Assembly (NCBI GenBank): GCA_044346705.1
Contig: JBIIYP010000001.1
Span: 148,634 to 212,633 of the forward strand
DNA: 64,000 nt
Origin: Flavobacteriales bacterium
GTDB taxonomy: Bacteria > Bacteroidota > Bacteroidia > Flavobacteriales_F > PHOS-HE28
Direction: 5' to 3'
The translations under genes were made by a program, and so were the position numbers. This document shows positions 25,020 to 35,949 of the stretch, one piece after another. Position 1 is the stretch's first letter. Each line of letters starts with the position of its first letter. The notes below the pieces were generated by a model. It worked only from the letters and a program-made list of their open reading frames with translations, made no database searches and was not told the origin of the DNA.

Positions 25020-26318
25020 TCAGACCAGCAGTGGTCCGTCCGCTGCGGTCAGGTTCAGCACCGCACGACCTTGGGCGATGATGCCCACCGGCCTGCCTAC
25101 CAGGTGCTGTCCGAGGAAGGGGGTGTTGTGGGAGCGGCTCACGAGATCTTCCTTGTGCAGCTCACGGTCCACGGAAGGATCGAACAGGGTGATCTCGGCC
25201 ATGGCGCCTTCGGCGATGTGCGGCACGGGCAGCCCGAGCACCGCGCGTGGTCCGGTGCAGAAGCGGTCCACGATGCGGCGCAGGGACATGCGACCCTTGA
25301 GCGCGGTGTTGGCCACGGCGAAGGACGTTTCGAGCCCGATGATGCCGAATGCGGCCTGCGGGAACTCGACCTTCTTGTGCTCCACATCCTCAGGCCGGTG
25401 GTCGCTGATGATGGCGTCGATGGTGCCGTCCTTCACACCTTCGCGCAGCGCCTCGATGTGCTCCGCATCGCGCAGCGGAGGCATCACCTTGTAGTTGGTC
25501 TCGAAGCCGCGCAGGCAGCCATCGTCCAGCAGCAGGTGGTGCGCGGCCACGGCTGCGGTGACCTTCAGTTTGCGGGCCTTGGCCTGCCGGATCAGCTCCA
25601 CACCTTGGGCGGTGCTCACGGTGGCCACATGCATGCGCGAGCCGGTGTATTCAAGCAGCGCAAGGTCGCGTGCCAGTTGGATCTCTTCCGCGATCGCCGG
25701 GATGCCACGCATGCCGAGCCGTGCGCTCATCGGTCCTTCATGCATCTGGCCGTGCGCGCTGAGGTCCGGATCGCTGGGGAAGCTGAACACGGTGCCCCGG
25801 AAGTTGAGGGCGTACTGCAAGGCCAGCAACATCAGGCGGCTGTTGCGGACCGGATGCTGATCGTCCGTGAAGGCCAGTGCCCCGGCGCTATGGAGGTCGT
25901 AGAGGTCGGCGAGCTGTTCGCCTTTGAGTCCGCGGGACAGCGCACCGAGCGGGAGGATACGCACCGCATGTCCTTCCGCTTTGCGCAACTGGTATTCTAC
26001 CGCGGCACGCGTGTCGACCGGTGGCGTGGTGCTGGGCAATGTGGCCACGGCGGTGAAGCCTCCGGCAGCCGCCGCGTCCAGGCCATTGGCGAGGCCTTGC
26101 TTGTACTCCTCCCCGGGATCGCGGAAGTGGGCCTGCAGGTCCACCCAGCCCGGGCTTGCATGAAGGCCTTCCACCTTCACCTCGCGGGCCTCGCCCTTGG
26201 GGATGCGCTGGCCGATCCGCGCAATGCGGCCACGTTCCACCAGGATGTCGACCACCGCCTCGTGGTGAGGCCCTCCCGGGTCCACCACCGTCACGTTCCG
26301 CAGCAACAGGTCCTTCAT
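25020..26318 (-). CDS. pyrC: Dihydroorotase (amidohydrolase superfamily)
   Basis: Multimeric-type DHOase conservation incl. DLQAHFRDPG; start at MKDLLLRN 26318. Confidence 0.8.
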   Translation of the reverse strand: MKDLLLRNVTVVDPGGPHHEAVVDILVERGRIARIGQRIPKGEAREVKVEGLHASPGWVDLQAHFRDPGEEYKQGLANGLDAAAAGGFTAVATLPSTTPPVDTRAAVEYQLRKAEGHAVRILPLGALSRGLKGEQLADLYDLHSAGALAFTDDQHPVRNSRLMLLALQYALNFRGTVFSFPSDPDLSAHGQMHEGPMSARLGMRGIPAIAEEIQLARDLALLEYTGSRMHVATVSTAQGVELIRQAKARKLKVTAAVAAHHLLLDDGCLRGFETNYKVMPPLRDAEHIEALREGVKDGTIDAIISDHRPEDVEHKKVEFPQAAFGIIGLETSFAVANTALKGRMSLRRIVDRFCTGPRAVLGLPVPHIAEGAMAEITLFDPSVDRELHKEDLVSRSHNTPFLGQHLVGRPVGIIAQGRAVLNLTAADGPLLV

Positions 26319-28375
26319 CGTTCCAGTCGGATCAAGAGGATCTCCAAGGTCAGGAAGAGCAGCGCAGCGATCACGAACCACTTCCACAGCTTCACGCCCT
26401 GGTCAAGTTCCTTCAAACTTAGCGAAAGGTCCTCCGCCGAGGTCTCCAGTACGCTGAATCCTTTCAGGCCGCGCTGCGCGATGGCGGTGCGCAAGCCCTC
26501 GATGCTGAACGCGCTCAGGTCGCTCTCGGTGCGGGGCAGATCGAGGGCGAGCAGCTGCAGGGTGTCGGTGCCCAGTACCACGGCGTACGCCCCGGGCACC
26601 AGGTCCTGGTCATGCAGCACGAGTGACGTGCCGGCCATTGAGCGGCGGAGCTCCGGCACCATATCCACGCCTTCTGGGCCCTTCAGGTGCGCGGCACCTT
26701 CGCCGGTCACCTCCACGCCGTCCAAGGGGATCACGGCCTCCTCGCCGATGATGTGGTAGAGCGTGCCCATGGGCCGGCTCAGCTCGGCCATGCGGAGCAG
26801 TGAGGTGGGCAGCAGGGCATGCCGGGTGAAGGTGCCGCCTTCCTCGGAGAGCGGTGATGCACAGATGTACACGCGCCCCCGACCACTGCGCACGGCGCTC
26901 AGGAAGGGAGAGCCGTCCTGCAGGCGCAGCAGTACATCCGCTCCTGGCTTGGGTATGAAGGCATGCCGGAGCCGAACGGTGGGCAGTTCCACGTTCCGTG
27001 GCATGGTGGTGAACACCTCGCGGTAAAAGGGCTCCTGCAGATCGATGCGGTCCACGTTCATGGCCGCGGTATCGGTGCGTCCGGGGCCGGTGATCCCGAA
27101 GGGGCCGAGCAGCGCTTGGAGCGCAGCGGCGTCAGGTGTTTCCGGGGGGAACACGGCAAGGCTGCCACCGGCATCCACGAATTCCTTCAAGGCCCGGGCC
27201 ATGCCACTGGGCACGTCCGGCAGCGCGTTCAGCACCACCAGGTCCGTGCGTTGCAGCGAGGCCAGATCGAAGGCTCGATAGGGCTGCACCGTGAAGCTGT
27301 GGCTGCTGTCGGTCCTGTCCGTCGGCCGGTCGCCGGTGAAGACCGCACCGATGCTGCGATCGCTCCGGGCATCGCCGCCGCTGATCAGCGACACGCGCAG
27401 GCGCTCGGCCGTGTGGTAGGCGATGGTCAGGTCGTCGTCGAAGGTCACGGGCCGGTCCGTGAGGCTGATGTGGCCCCAGTGGTCGCCGGAGGCATCGTTG
27501 GTGAAGCGCAGCACGGTATCCACCAGCGCACCGCCTTCCACACTGAAGGTGGACAAGGCCCGCTGTCGGCCGTCGATCGTGAGGCGCAGGGGCACGTTCT
27601 CCAGGGCCTGTACGCCGTGGTTCCGGATGCGCACGTGCAGCTCTTCGTTATGGCCCAGGCGCCGCACCGGAGAAGCGAACCACGCGGAGTCGATGGCCAG
27701 GTTGTCTGTGTTCGTGCTGGCGATGGGCACGATGACGGTGCTGATGGTGCTGTCCTCGGACCAGCGTTCCACATCCACGGTGGCGCGCTGCAGATCGGTG
27801 AACAGGAAGCGGCGGCGCACCGGAGCCTCGGTACGGGCCAGGGCCTCGGCCTGTCGGGCCAGTACCTGGGAGAGCGGGCGGCTGAAGGGGCCCACTTCGG
27901 CCTGCGCGGCGGTGGCGAGCGCCTCATCACGTCCGGTAAGGATCTGCTGCCTACCCTCGAAGCGCCCGGTGAGCACCTGGAAGCGGTCGGAGGCGGAGTG
28001 GCCCATGATCACGTCCTGTGCGCCTTTGCGGGCCTGGTCCAGCAGGCGGCCCCCGGCGTTCTGTCCGTCCATGCTCCAGCTGTCGTCCACGTAGATGGAA
28101 ACGGCGCGTTGCCCGCTGCTGACGGTGGCGTCGGCGCGAGGGATGTAGGGTTGGGCGAAGGCGAGCACCAGGCAGGCCAGGGCCAACAGGCGCGCCAGCA
28201 AGGTGAGCCAATGGCGCACTTTCTTTCGGGCACGGGTCTGTATGGCCACGTCCTTCAGGAAGCGGACGTTGGGGAAGTCGATCCGCTTGAAGCGCCGGAG
28301 CTGGAAGAGGTGGATGAGGATGGGGATGACCAGCGCGGCGAGCGCCCACAGGAAGCCGGGGAAGAGGAAGGTCAT
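26315..28375 (-). CDS. BatA-like protein: N-terminal double-TM domain plus VWA domain, C-terminal TM anchor
   Basis: N-terminus FLFPGFLWALAALVIPILIHLF typical of TIGR02226 double-TM domain; vWA fold motifs. Confidence 0.65.
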   Translation of the reverse strand: MTFLFPGFLWALAALVIPILIHLFQLRRFKRIDFPNVRFLKDVAIQTRARKKVRHWLTLLARLLALACLVLAFAQPYIPRADATVSSGQRAVSIYVDDSWSMDGQNAGGRLLDQARKGAQDVIMGHSASDRFQVLTGRFEGRQQILTGRDEALATAAQAEVGPFSRPLSQVLARQAEALARTEAPVRRRFLFTDLQRATVDVERWSEDSTISTVIVPIASTNTDNLAIDSAWFASPVRRLGHNEELHVRIRNHGVQALENVPLRLTIDGRQRALSTFSVEGGALVDTVLRFTNDASGDHWGHISLTDRPVTFDDDLTIAYHTAERLRVSLISGGDARSDRSIGAVFTGDRPTDRTDSSHSFTVQPYRAFDLASLQRTDLVVLNALPDVPSGMARALKEFVDAGGSLAVFPPETPDAAALQALLGPFGITGPGRTDTAAMNVDRIDLQEPFYREVFTTMPRNVELPTVRLRHAFIPKPGADVLLRLQDGSPFLSAVRSGRGRVYICASPLSEEGGTFTRHALLPTSLLRMAELSRPMGTLYHIIGEEAVIPLDGVEVTGEGAAHLKGPEGVDMVPELRRSMAGTSLVLHDQDLVPGAYAVVLGTDTLQLLALDLPRTESDLSAFSIEGLRTAIAQRGLKGFSVLETSAEDLSLSLKELDQGVKLWKWFVIAALLFLTLEILLIRLER

Positions 28376-28615
28376 CGGGGCGCGAAGATCGGGCCTATTG
28401 GTGAACGCCCGTTGCGCGGTTCAGCCATTGGGGTAGTTCGAAGTACCTCATTCCGGCGTCATCGGTGCGCTGCACCGCCCCTTCGGGCGAGCGGCTCTCG
28501 TCCAGCCATGCTTCGTTGCTCCTCAGTTGGATACTTCGTTCCAGTATCCGCTCTTCGTCGCGCCTCGCCTGACAGAACGATAGCCGCCCGTGCCATCCGT
28601 TCGAGGTTCTTCGAA

Positions 28616-30262
28616 CTACCCCTTGGGCGCCAACTTGCTATGGCGCCAGCCATACGCGAAGTAGCACACCAGCCCCACCAGCAGCCAGATCCCGAACCAT
28701 TGCCAGTTGTTCACGGCCATGCCGGTGAGCAGGTAGCAGCAGCTCACCAGCCCCAGCAGCGGGATCAGCGACCAGTTCTTCCGGAAGCTGAAGTAGGCCA
28801 GCACCAGGCAGAGCAGGTAGAACACCAGCAGCGGGATGTTGGCGTCCTTGCCGGTGCGGCCCAGCAGGCGGTGGAAGTGGTTCGGGTCGAAGGTGACGAG
28901 CAAAGCCAAGGCGGCCAGGCCCAGGAGCGGGGCGATGTACTTCGCGTTGTAGTAGGGCAGGTGGAAGCGGCCTTGGGTCTTTTCGCGGAAGGGCAGCATG
29001 AGCACGCCGCCGCATACCAGCACGAACGCGAAGAGGGTGCCGATGCTGGTGAAGTCCAGGATGAAGGTCTCGTCGGTGAAGAAGATGGGGATGCCCACCA
29101 CGGCACCGGTCACCAGGGTGCTGAAACCGGGGGTCTTGTACTTGGGGTGGATGCTGGCGAAGCGGGGGGGCAGCAGCCCGTCGCGGCTCATGCTCATCCA
29201 GATGCGGGGCTGGCCCAGCTGGAACACGAGCATCACGCTGGTCATGGCCACCACGGCCGCGATGCTCACCAGGAAGAGCATCCATTTCACACCGCGCAAG
29301 GCGAAGACCTCGGCCAGCGGGTCGCTCACGTTGAGCTTGTCGAAGGGCACCATGCCGGTGAGCACCAGCGCCAGCACGATGTAGACCCCGGTGCAGATGA
29401 TCAGGCTCCACATCATGCCCTTGGGCAGGTCGCGTTGCGGATCCTTGCTCTCCTCGGCCAACGTGCTTACCGCGTCGAAGCCGATGTAGGCGAAGAACAC
29501 GGCGCTCACGCCCGCCATCACCCCGGTGAACTTGTTGGGCAGGAAGGGCGTCCAGTTGTCGATGTCGATGTAGGCGGCGCCCACCACGATCACCAGCAGG
29601 ATGATGGCCAGCTTCACCATCACCATGATGTTGCTGGCGTTGCGGCTCTCCTTCACCCCGGTGTACACCAGCCAGGTGATGAGGATGTTGATGGCGAAGG
29701 CCGGCAGATCGAAGATGATGCGCAGGCCGCCAAGCACGGGAGCGTTGCTCCAAGCGGTAAGACCCTCTCCAGCGGAACCGGCCAGGGCGGCAGCATGCGC
29801 GCTGCGGTAATTAATGGTCAGCCATTCCGGCATGTGCAGGCCGATCCCATCCAGTAGGTTGGTGAAGTAGCCGCTCCAGCTGAAGGCCACGTAGATGTTG
29901 CCGATGCTGTACTCCATCAGCAGCGCCCAGCCGATGATCCAGGCGAAAAGCTCCCCGAAGCTCACGTAAGCATAGGTGTAGGCGCTGCCACCGCTGGGCA
30001 CGCGGGCGGCGAACTCGGCGTAGCACAGGGCGGTGAAGCCGCAGGCCACGGCGCAGAGGATGAAGAGCAGGATCACCCCGGGTCCGCCGCTGGCACAGGC
30101 CTGCCCCATGCTGCTGAAGCTGCCCGCCCCGATGATGGCCGCGATGCCGAAGAAGGTGAGGTCCCGCGCGGTGAGCGTGCGGTGAAGGACATGGCCGTCC
30201 GGTCGGTCCTCGGTGTGCGTAGGGTTCTGAAGGGACCTGCGGCGGAACAGCGATCGGCTCAT
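28616..30262 (-). CDS. APC-family amino acid permease
   Basis: 12-TM amino acid/polyamine/organocation transporter signature. Confidence 0.8.
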   Translation of the reverse strand: MSRSLFRRRSLQNPTHTEDRPDGHVLHRTLTARDLTFFGIAAIIGAGSFSSMGQACASGGPGVILLFILCAVACGFTALCYAEFAARVPSGGSAYTYAYVSFGELFAWIIGWALLMEYSIGNIYVAFSWSGYFTNLLDGIGLHMPEWLTINYRSAHAAALAGSAGEGLTAWSNAPVLGGLRIIFDLPAFAINILITWLVYTGVKESRNASNIMVMVKLAIILLVIVVGAAYIDIDNWTPFLPNKFTGVMAGVSAVFFAYIGFDAVSTLAEESKDPQRDLPKGMMWSLIICTGVYIVLALVLTGMVPFDKLNVSDPLAEVFALRGVKWMLFLVSIAAVVAMTSVMLVFQLGQPRIWMSMSRDGLLPPRFASIHPKYKTPGFSTLVTGAVVGIPIFFTDETFILDFTSIGTLFAFVLVCGGVLMLPFREKTQGRFHLPYYNAKYIAPLLGLAALALLVTFDPNHFHRLLGRTGKDANIPLLVFYLLCLVLAYFSFRKNWSLIPLLGLVSCCYLLTGMAVNNWQWFGIWLLVGLVCYFAYGWRHSKLAPKG

Positions 30263-30408
30263 GCGGTGGAAGGCCCGGGCAAAGTAGCATTTCGGGCCCG
30301 GAGGGCGTTGGATCTTTTTAACGACGCGGGGTTCAGGGCCGAAATGCCCCCCCCGGAACGATCGGTTACATTTGACGCCCTTTCAGCAACGTTAACGGAC
30401 GAGAAGTC

Positions 30409-32556
30409 ATGCAGATGAAGATGATCCTGGCCCTGTGCCTTGGAGCCCTTGTGGGCACCACGGCCCTGGCCCAAGTCGAGGACCCGGTATTGCTCACGGT
30501 GGACGGCAAGCCGGTGACCCGCGGTGAGTTCGAGGCCATTTACAAGAAGAACAACAAGGATGCGCCGGTCACCCCGGAGGCCTTGAACGAGTACCTCGAC
30601 CTGTTCATCAACTACAAGCTGAAGGTGCGCGAGGCCGAAGTGGAGGGCCTGGACACCGTGGCCAAGTTCAAGACGGAGCTTGATGGTTACCGCAAACAGC
30701 TGGCCCGGCCCTACCTCATCGACCGAGAGCTCAACGACCAGCTCATGAAGGAGGCTTACGACCGCATGAGCGTTGAGGTGCGTGCGAGCCATATCCTGGT
30801 GCAGGTGGCGCCCGAGGCTTCGCCCGAGGACACCTTGGCGGCCTACAAGCGACTGGCGGCGCTCCGTGCCCGCGTTGTGGCCGGGGAGGACTTCGCCACC
30901 GTGGCCCAGAGCAAGGGCGGAAGCGACGACCCCAGCGCCACCAAGAACGGCGGCGACCTGGGTTGGTTCAGCGCCCTGCAGATGGTGTATCCCTTCGAGA
31001 CCGCGGCTTACAATACCAGGGTCGGGGAGGTGAGCGCTCCGGTGCGCACCCGGTTCGGATACCACATCATCAAGGTGGTGGGCAAGCGACCCGCCCGTGG
31101 CCAGATCCAGGCTGCGCACATCATGATGCGCACCGCCGAGACCGACAGCCCCGAGCGCACGGCGGAGGTGGAGAAGCGGATCCGCGAGGTGCACGCGCAG
31201 GTCATCAGTGGGCAGTTGGCCTTCGGCGATGCAGCGCTGCGCTTCAGCGAGGACGAGAGCTCCAGTGGCAAGGGCGGCGAGTTGCCCATGTTCGGCACCG
31301 GCAAGATGATCGAGGAGTTCGAGGACGCCGCGTTCGCCTTGAAGAAGGACGGGGACGTGAGCGAGCCGGTGAAGACCCGCTTCGGCTGGCACATCATCAA
31401 GCGGCTCGAATACAAGGCCCCCCCAACGTACGAGGAGGCCCGTGGCGAGCTCAAGGCGAAGATCAGCCGTGACAGCCGTGCGGACATCACCAAGAAGGCC
31501 TTCCTGGAGAAGCTGAAGAAGGACTACCACTTCACGCCGTATCCTGCCAACGTGAAAGCGCTCTATAAAATGGTGGACAGCACCGTCTTCATGAAGGGCA
31601 ACGTGGTCACCGATACCTTGATCCGCAAGGACGTGACCGAAGGCATCGTGATGCACAAGGGAATGCGCTACAAGCGCGAGATCAATGGCACCCTGCAGGC
31701 CGGCAAGCTGGTCAACATCCGCAGCCGCAAGCACGACGACCTGGTGAAGAACCCCACCGACACCGTGGTGGTGCGCGATGTACATGAGGGCTGGAGCTAC
31801 GACAGGGCCAAGGCCGCCAAGATGACCAAGCCGGTGTTCACCATGGACGGTGCGAGCGCCACCCAGATCGACCTGCTGAACGACATCGAGTCCAAGCAGC
31901 GCCGTGAAGGCGTGAAGCCCCTTCCCTCCTTCGTGGAAGATCGGTTCGCCATGTTCTCGGACGACAAGGTGCTCGAGTTCGAGGATTCGAACCTGGAGAC
32001 GAAATACCCGGAGTTCCGCATGCTCATGAAGGAGTACCGCGATGGCATCCTGCTGTTCGAACTCACCGATCAAAAGGTGTGGAGCAAGGCGGTGAAGGAC
32101 ACCGTTGGGCTGGAGCGGTATTACGAAGCGAACAAGAGCGTGTACATGTTCCCGACCCGGTACGATGCCGACCTTTACAGCTGCGCCAATGCGGATGTGG
32201 CCAAGCAGGTCCGATCGCTTTACAAGAAGGGCAAGCGCGGCACGGACATGACCACCGTGGTGAACGACATCTCCGCCTTGAACCTCACCATCGAGAACGG
32301 TCTTTGGAGCGAGCAGGACAAGCCCTTCCTGAAAGGCAATATGCTGCCTGGTCTCAGCCCCAATTATGAGGTGGACGGCCGTGTGGTGATCGCGGACCTG
32401 CGTGCCGTCGTGCCGCCGAGCCCGAAGCCCCTGAACGACACCCGTGGCCTGGTGACCGCCGCTTACCAGGACCAGTTGGAAAAGGACTGGATCAAGGCGC
32501 TTCGCGCCAAGTATCCCGTGGTGGTGAACAAGGACGTGCTCAATACGATCCGCTGA
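30409..32556 (+). CDS. Periplasmic chaperone/peptidyl-prolyl isomerase, SurA/PpiD-like with two parvulin domains
   Basis: Signal peptide; two rotamase motifs (FGYHIIKV, FGWHIIK). Confidence 0.8.
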   Translation: MQMKMILALCLGALVGTTALAQVEDPVLLTVDGKPVTRGEFEAIYKKNNKDAPVTPEALNEYLDLFINYKLKVREAEVEGLDTVAKFKTELDGYRKQLARPYLIDRELNDQLMKEAYDRMSVEVRASHILVQVAPEASPEDTLAAYKRLAALRARVVAGEDFATVAQSKGGSDDPSATKNGGDLGWFSALQMVYPFETAAYNTRVGEVSAPVRTRFGYHIIKVVGKRPARGQIQAAHIMMRTAETDSPERTAEVEKRIREVHAQVISGQLAFGDAALRFSEDESSSGKGGELPMFGTGKMIEEFEDAAFALKKDGDVSEPVKTRFGWHIIKRLEYKAPPTYEEARGELKAKISRDSRADITKKAFLEKLKKDYHFTPYPANVKALYKMVDSTVFMKGNVVTDTLIRKDVTEGIVMHKGMRYKREINGTLQAGKLVNIRSRKHDDLVKNPTDTVVVRDVHEGWSYDRAKAAKMTKPVFTMDGASATQIDLLNDIESKQRREGVKPLPSFVEDRFAMFSDDKVLEFEDSNLETKYPEFRMLMKEYRDGILLFELTDQKVWSKAVKDTVGLERYYEANKSVYMFPTRYDADLYSCANADVAKQVRSLYKKGKRGTDMTTVVNDISALNLTIENGLWSEQDKPFLKGNMLPGLSPNYEVDGRVVIADLRAVVPPSPKPLNDTRGLVTAAYQDQLEKDWIKALRAKYPVVVNKDVLNTIR

Positions 32557-32560
32557 TCGC

Positions 32561-33421
32561 GTGAACACCCGGCGCAACGGCATTGGAGGGGCGGCGACGA
32601 TCGCCGCCCTTCTGCTATGCGCCTGCAACGCCGATGGCGACGCGGGTGATCCGCCTGTGGCCAGGGCCTTCGATCGGGAGCTTTACTGGAGCGACCTGCG
32701 GCAGATGATCCCCATGGAGGCCACTGCAGCGGACAGCACATTGATGGCGGACCAGTACATCGACAACTGGCTTCGCGAGCAGGTGGTGCTGCACCAGGCG
32801 GAGGCCAACCTGGGCGATGATCAGCGCTCCGTGGAGTCCCGCATCGAGGATTACCGCCGCTCCCTGCTCACCTACACCTACGAAGAGGCCTTGGTGGCCC
32901 AGAAGCTGGACACCGCAGTGGGCAATGCCGAAGTGGAGGCCTATTTCAACGAGAACCGCAAGGAGTTCGTGCTGAAGGATAACATCGTGCGCGTGCGCTG
33001 GTTCAAGGTGCGCGAGGACGACCGCCGCACCTTGCGCAAGGTGGAGGAGCTGTGGCGCAGCAGCAAGGAGGCCGACCGGCACGAGTTGGAACTATGGCTG
33101 GCGGCCCATGGCAGTCCCATCACCGACAGCCATGACCAGTGGGTGCCCTTCACGGACCTGCTGGCCCAGGTGCCCCTGAAGGTGGAGAATCCCACGGACT
33201 GGCTGCCCCGGCAGACCAAGGTGATGGCCAAGGACAGCCTCCATGCGTATTTCGTGGAATTGCTCGAGCACAGACTGAGCGACGGTATTTCGCCGTTCCC
33301 GCTGGTGCGTGAACGCATCCGGGCCATCCTGCTCAATCAACGGAAGCTCCAGCTCATTGAACGCATGCGCAACGACCTTTACCAGGATGCATTGGACCGC
33401 AAGGACATCGAGGTGCTTTAG
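32561..33421 (+). CDS. SurA N-terminal-domain-like periplasmic chaperone lipoprotein
   Basis: Lipobox LLLCAC; SurA_N-like helical domain, no PPIase domain. Confidence 0.55.
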   Translation: MNTRRNGIGGAATIAALLLCACNADGDAGDPPVARAFDRELYWSDLRQMIPMEATAADSTLMADQYIDNWLREQVVLHQAEANLGDDQRSVESRIEDYRRSLLTYTYEEALVAQKLDTAVGNAEVEAYFNENRKEFVLKDNIVRVRWFKVREDDRRTLRKVEELWRSSKEADRHELELWLAAHGSPITDSHDQWVPFTDLLAQVPLKVENPTDWLPRQTKVMAKDSLHAYFVELLEHRLSDGISPFPLVRERIRAILLNQRKLQLIERMRNDLYQDALDRKDIEVL

Positions 33422-34805
33422 CACGCTCATTCTGTTGCTCGGTGCGGCACGGGCGTGGGCCCAGCCGCCACCAGCGCCGCCCCCGGCGACCACCTCATCG
33501 GTCGCTCCGCTTCCCGCGGGCCAGCTCATCGATCGCGTCATCGCGAACGTGGGTGGTCGTGTGGTGCTTTACAGTGACCTGGCCACGCGCTTGGAACAGG
33601 CGCGGAACGCAGGGGAGAAAGTGGATGATGAACTGGCCTGCAGCGAGCTCGAAGGATTGATGTACGAGAAGCTGCTCCTGGAACAGGCGCGCATCGATAG
33701 CCTTTATCCCGACGAAGCGCGCGTTCAGGGAGAGCTCGACCGTCGCATCCGGCTCTTCGAGCAGCAGCTTGGCGGACCGGAGGCTTTGGAGAAGTTCTAT
33801 GGCAAGACCATCAAGGAGATCAAGGCGGACTTCCACGACGCCATCGCTGACCAGCTCCAGGTGGGCATGATGCAGGACCAGCTCACCAGCGGCCTGCGCA
33901 GCACGCCCAAGGAGGTGGAACGGTTCTACAAGGACATTCCCCAGGACAGCCTGCCTTTCATCAATGCCGAGGTGGAGTATGCAGTGATCATGCGCAAGGC
34001 CAGGCCCAGCGAGGACGAAGAGCGCAGGTCACAACGCAAGGCGGAGGAGCTGCGCGAGCGGGCGGTGAAAGGGGATGACTTCTGTGTGCTTACCGCCTTG
34101 TACTCCTGTGACCCCGGTTCCAAGGAGAAATGTGGAGAGCTCGGCATGGTGCCCACCGGTGTCATGGTGCCCGAATTCGATGCGGTGGCCATGAGCCTCA
34201 AGGACGGGGAGATCTCCCAGGTGTTCAAGACCCAGTTCGGATACCACTTCATGCAGATGGTGGAGCGGCGAGGCGAGAACTACAGCGCCAGGCACCTGCT
34301 GATCTGTCCGGTGGTCGGCTCTTCCGACCTGCGGAGCACCAAGGCCTTCGTGGACAGTGTGGCCTCCCTGGTCCGCGACGGGATCATGGATTTCGGCAAG
34401 GCGGCCCAGGACCTCAGTGATGATGAAGAGAGCCGCTCCATGAACGGGGTGATGATCGAACCGGGGTCGGGCGCCACCAAATGGGCCATCGGCGACCTCG
34501 ATCAGCAGACCTTTTTCGTGGTGGACAAGCTCCGGGTGGCGCAGGTGAGCGAAGCCCAGTCCATCACGCTGGAGGACGGAGCGCAGGCTTATCGGGTGAT
34601 CCGCCTGAACTCGCGCAGCGAGCCGCACCGCATGAACCTGAAGGAGGATTACCAGCTGATCCAACAGGCCGCCGAGAACCGCAAGCGGCAGGACGTGGTA
34701 CAGACCTGGATGAAGGACCACATCATCAACACGTATATCCGTGTTCTGGACGATTATTCGGGGTGCACCTTTCAACATCCGTGGATCCCGCAGGCCGGTC
34801 AGTGA
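33387..34805 (+). CDS. SurA-like peptidyl-prolyl isomerase (parvulin)
   Basis: Signal peptide MHWTARTSRCFSTLILLLGAARAWAQ; parvulin motif FGYHFMQMV; start codon overlaps previous gene by 35 nt (alternative start possible). Confidence 0.7.
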   Translation: MHWTARTSRCFSTLILLLGAARAWAQPPPAPPPATTSSVAPLPAGQLIDRVIANVGGRVVLYSDLATRLEQARNAGEKVDDELACSELEGLMYEKLLLEQARIDSLYPDEARVQGELDRRIRLFEQQLGGPEALEKFYGKTIKEIKADFHDAIADQLQVGMMQDQLTSGLRSTPKEVERFYKDIPQDSLPFINAEVEYAVIMRKARPSEDEERRSQRKAEELRERAVKGDDFCVLTALYSCDPGSKEKCGELGMVPTGVMVPEFDAVAMSLKDGEISQVFKTQFGYHFMQMVERRGENYSARHLLICPVVGSSDLRSTKAFVDSVASLVRDGIMDFGKAAQDLSDDEESRSMNGVMIEPGSGATKWAIGDLDQQTFFVVDKLRVAQVSEAQSITLEDGAQAYRVIRLNSRSEPHRMNLKEDYQLIQQAAENRKRQDVVQTWMKDHIINTYIRVLDDYSGCTFQHPWIPQAGQ

Positions 34806-34834
34806 CCAACCCACTAATTTCGACGCCCCATCCC

Positions 34835-35806
34835 ATGACCATGATCAAGCCGGCCAGTGACGTACAAGCCGTGGAGCAGTTCGGCCAGAAATTCAAGCAA
34901 TTGAAGGCGGAGGTCAACAAGGTGATCATCGGCCAGGATGCCGTGGTGGACGATGTGCTCATCGCCATCTTCAGCCGGGGCCACTGCCTGCTGGTGGGGG
35001 TTCCGGGCCTGGCCAAGACCTTGCTGGTGAACACCGTGGCCCGTTCCTTGGGCCTGTCCTTCAACCGGATCCAGTTCACCCCTGACCTGATGCCGAGCGA
35101 TATCATCGGCAGCGAGATCCTCGACCAGGACCGGCAGTTCAAGTTCATCCAGGGCCCCCTGTTCGCCAACATCATCCTCGCGGACGAGATCAACCGCACG
35201 CCACCCAAGACCCAGTCGGCACTGTTGGAGGCCATGCAGGAAAAAGCCGTCACGGCCGCTGGTCACACCAGGCGCTTGCCCGAGCCCTTCTTCGTGCTTG
35301 CCACGCAGAACCCCATCGAGCAGGAGGGGACCTACCCGCTACCCGAGGCGCAGCTGGACCGGTTCATGTTCAACATCTGGGTGGATTACCCCACCTATGC
35401 GGAGGAATTGGCCGTAGTGAAAGCGACGACCAGTGATGTTCAGCGGGAGGTGGAACCGGTGCTCACCGCCGAGGAGATCGCCTTCTACCAGGGCCTGGTC
35501 CGACGGATACCAGTGCCGGACAACGTATTGGAGTACGCCGTGAAGCTGGCCACCCGCACGCGACCTGGACAACCGGGCACACCGGCCATGATCAATGACC
35601 ACATCAGTTGGGGCGCTGGCCCACGGGCCAGCCAGTACCTGGTGATCGGTGCCAAGTGCCACGCCTTGGTGCGTGGTCGCTTCAGCCCCGATATCGAGGA
35701 TGTGCAGGCCGTGGCCAAGCCCATCCTGCGCCATCGCCTGGTGCGCAACTACAAGGCCGAGGCGGAAGGGATCACGGTGGACCGCATCGTGGAGTCGATC
35801 CTGTAA
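34835..35806 (+). CDS. moxR: MoxR-family AAA+ ATPase
   Basis: GVPGLAKT Walker A, ILADEINR Walker B, MoxR C-terminal domain. Confidence 0.85.
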   Translation: MTMIKPASDVQAVEQFGQKFKQLKAEVNKVIIGQDAVVDDVLIAIFSRGHCLLVGVPGLAKTLLVNTVARSLGLSFNRIQFTPDLMPSDIIGSEILDQDRQFKFIQGPLFANIILADEINRTPPKTQSALLEAMQEKAVTAAGHTRRLPEPFFVLATQNPIEQEGTYPLPEAQLDRFMFNIWVDYPTYAEELAVVKATTSDVQREVEPVLTAEEIAFYQGLVRRIPVPDNVLEYAVKLATRTRPGQPGTPAMINDHISWGAGPRASQYLVIGAKCHALVRGRFSPDIEDVQAVAKPILRHRLVRNYKAEAEGITVDRIVESIL

Positions 35807-35949
35807 CGCCAACGGGGAGGTCCTGAGCGCGACCCCCTGGCATGAAGTTGCCTCCGAGCGGACGCAGCGAATGTGGAGTTAAGCGATCGTTGCGCTGGGT
35901 TGGCGGCTGCGGCGGCTACCTTTGCACCAACCAAGTTCAAGGCACATCC

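Noticed and set aside
28616-30262. Second overlapping ORF 28638-29753 (371 aa, minus strand) within amino-acid permease
   Set aside because: It is in an alternative frame of the same strand with Arg/His/Pro-rich composition, and the permease frame has the coherent 12-TM architecture.
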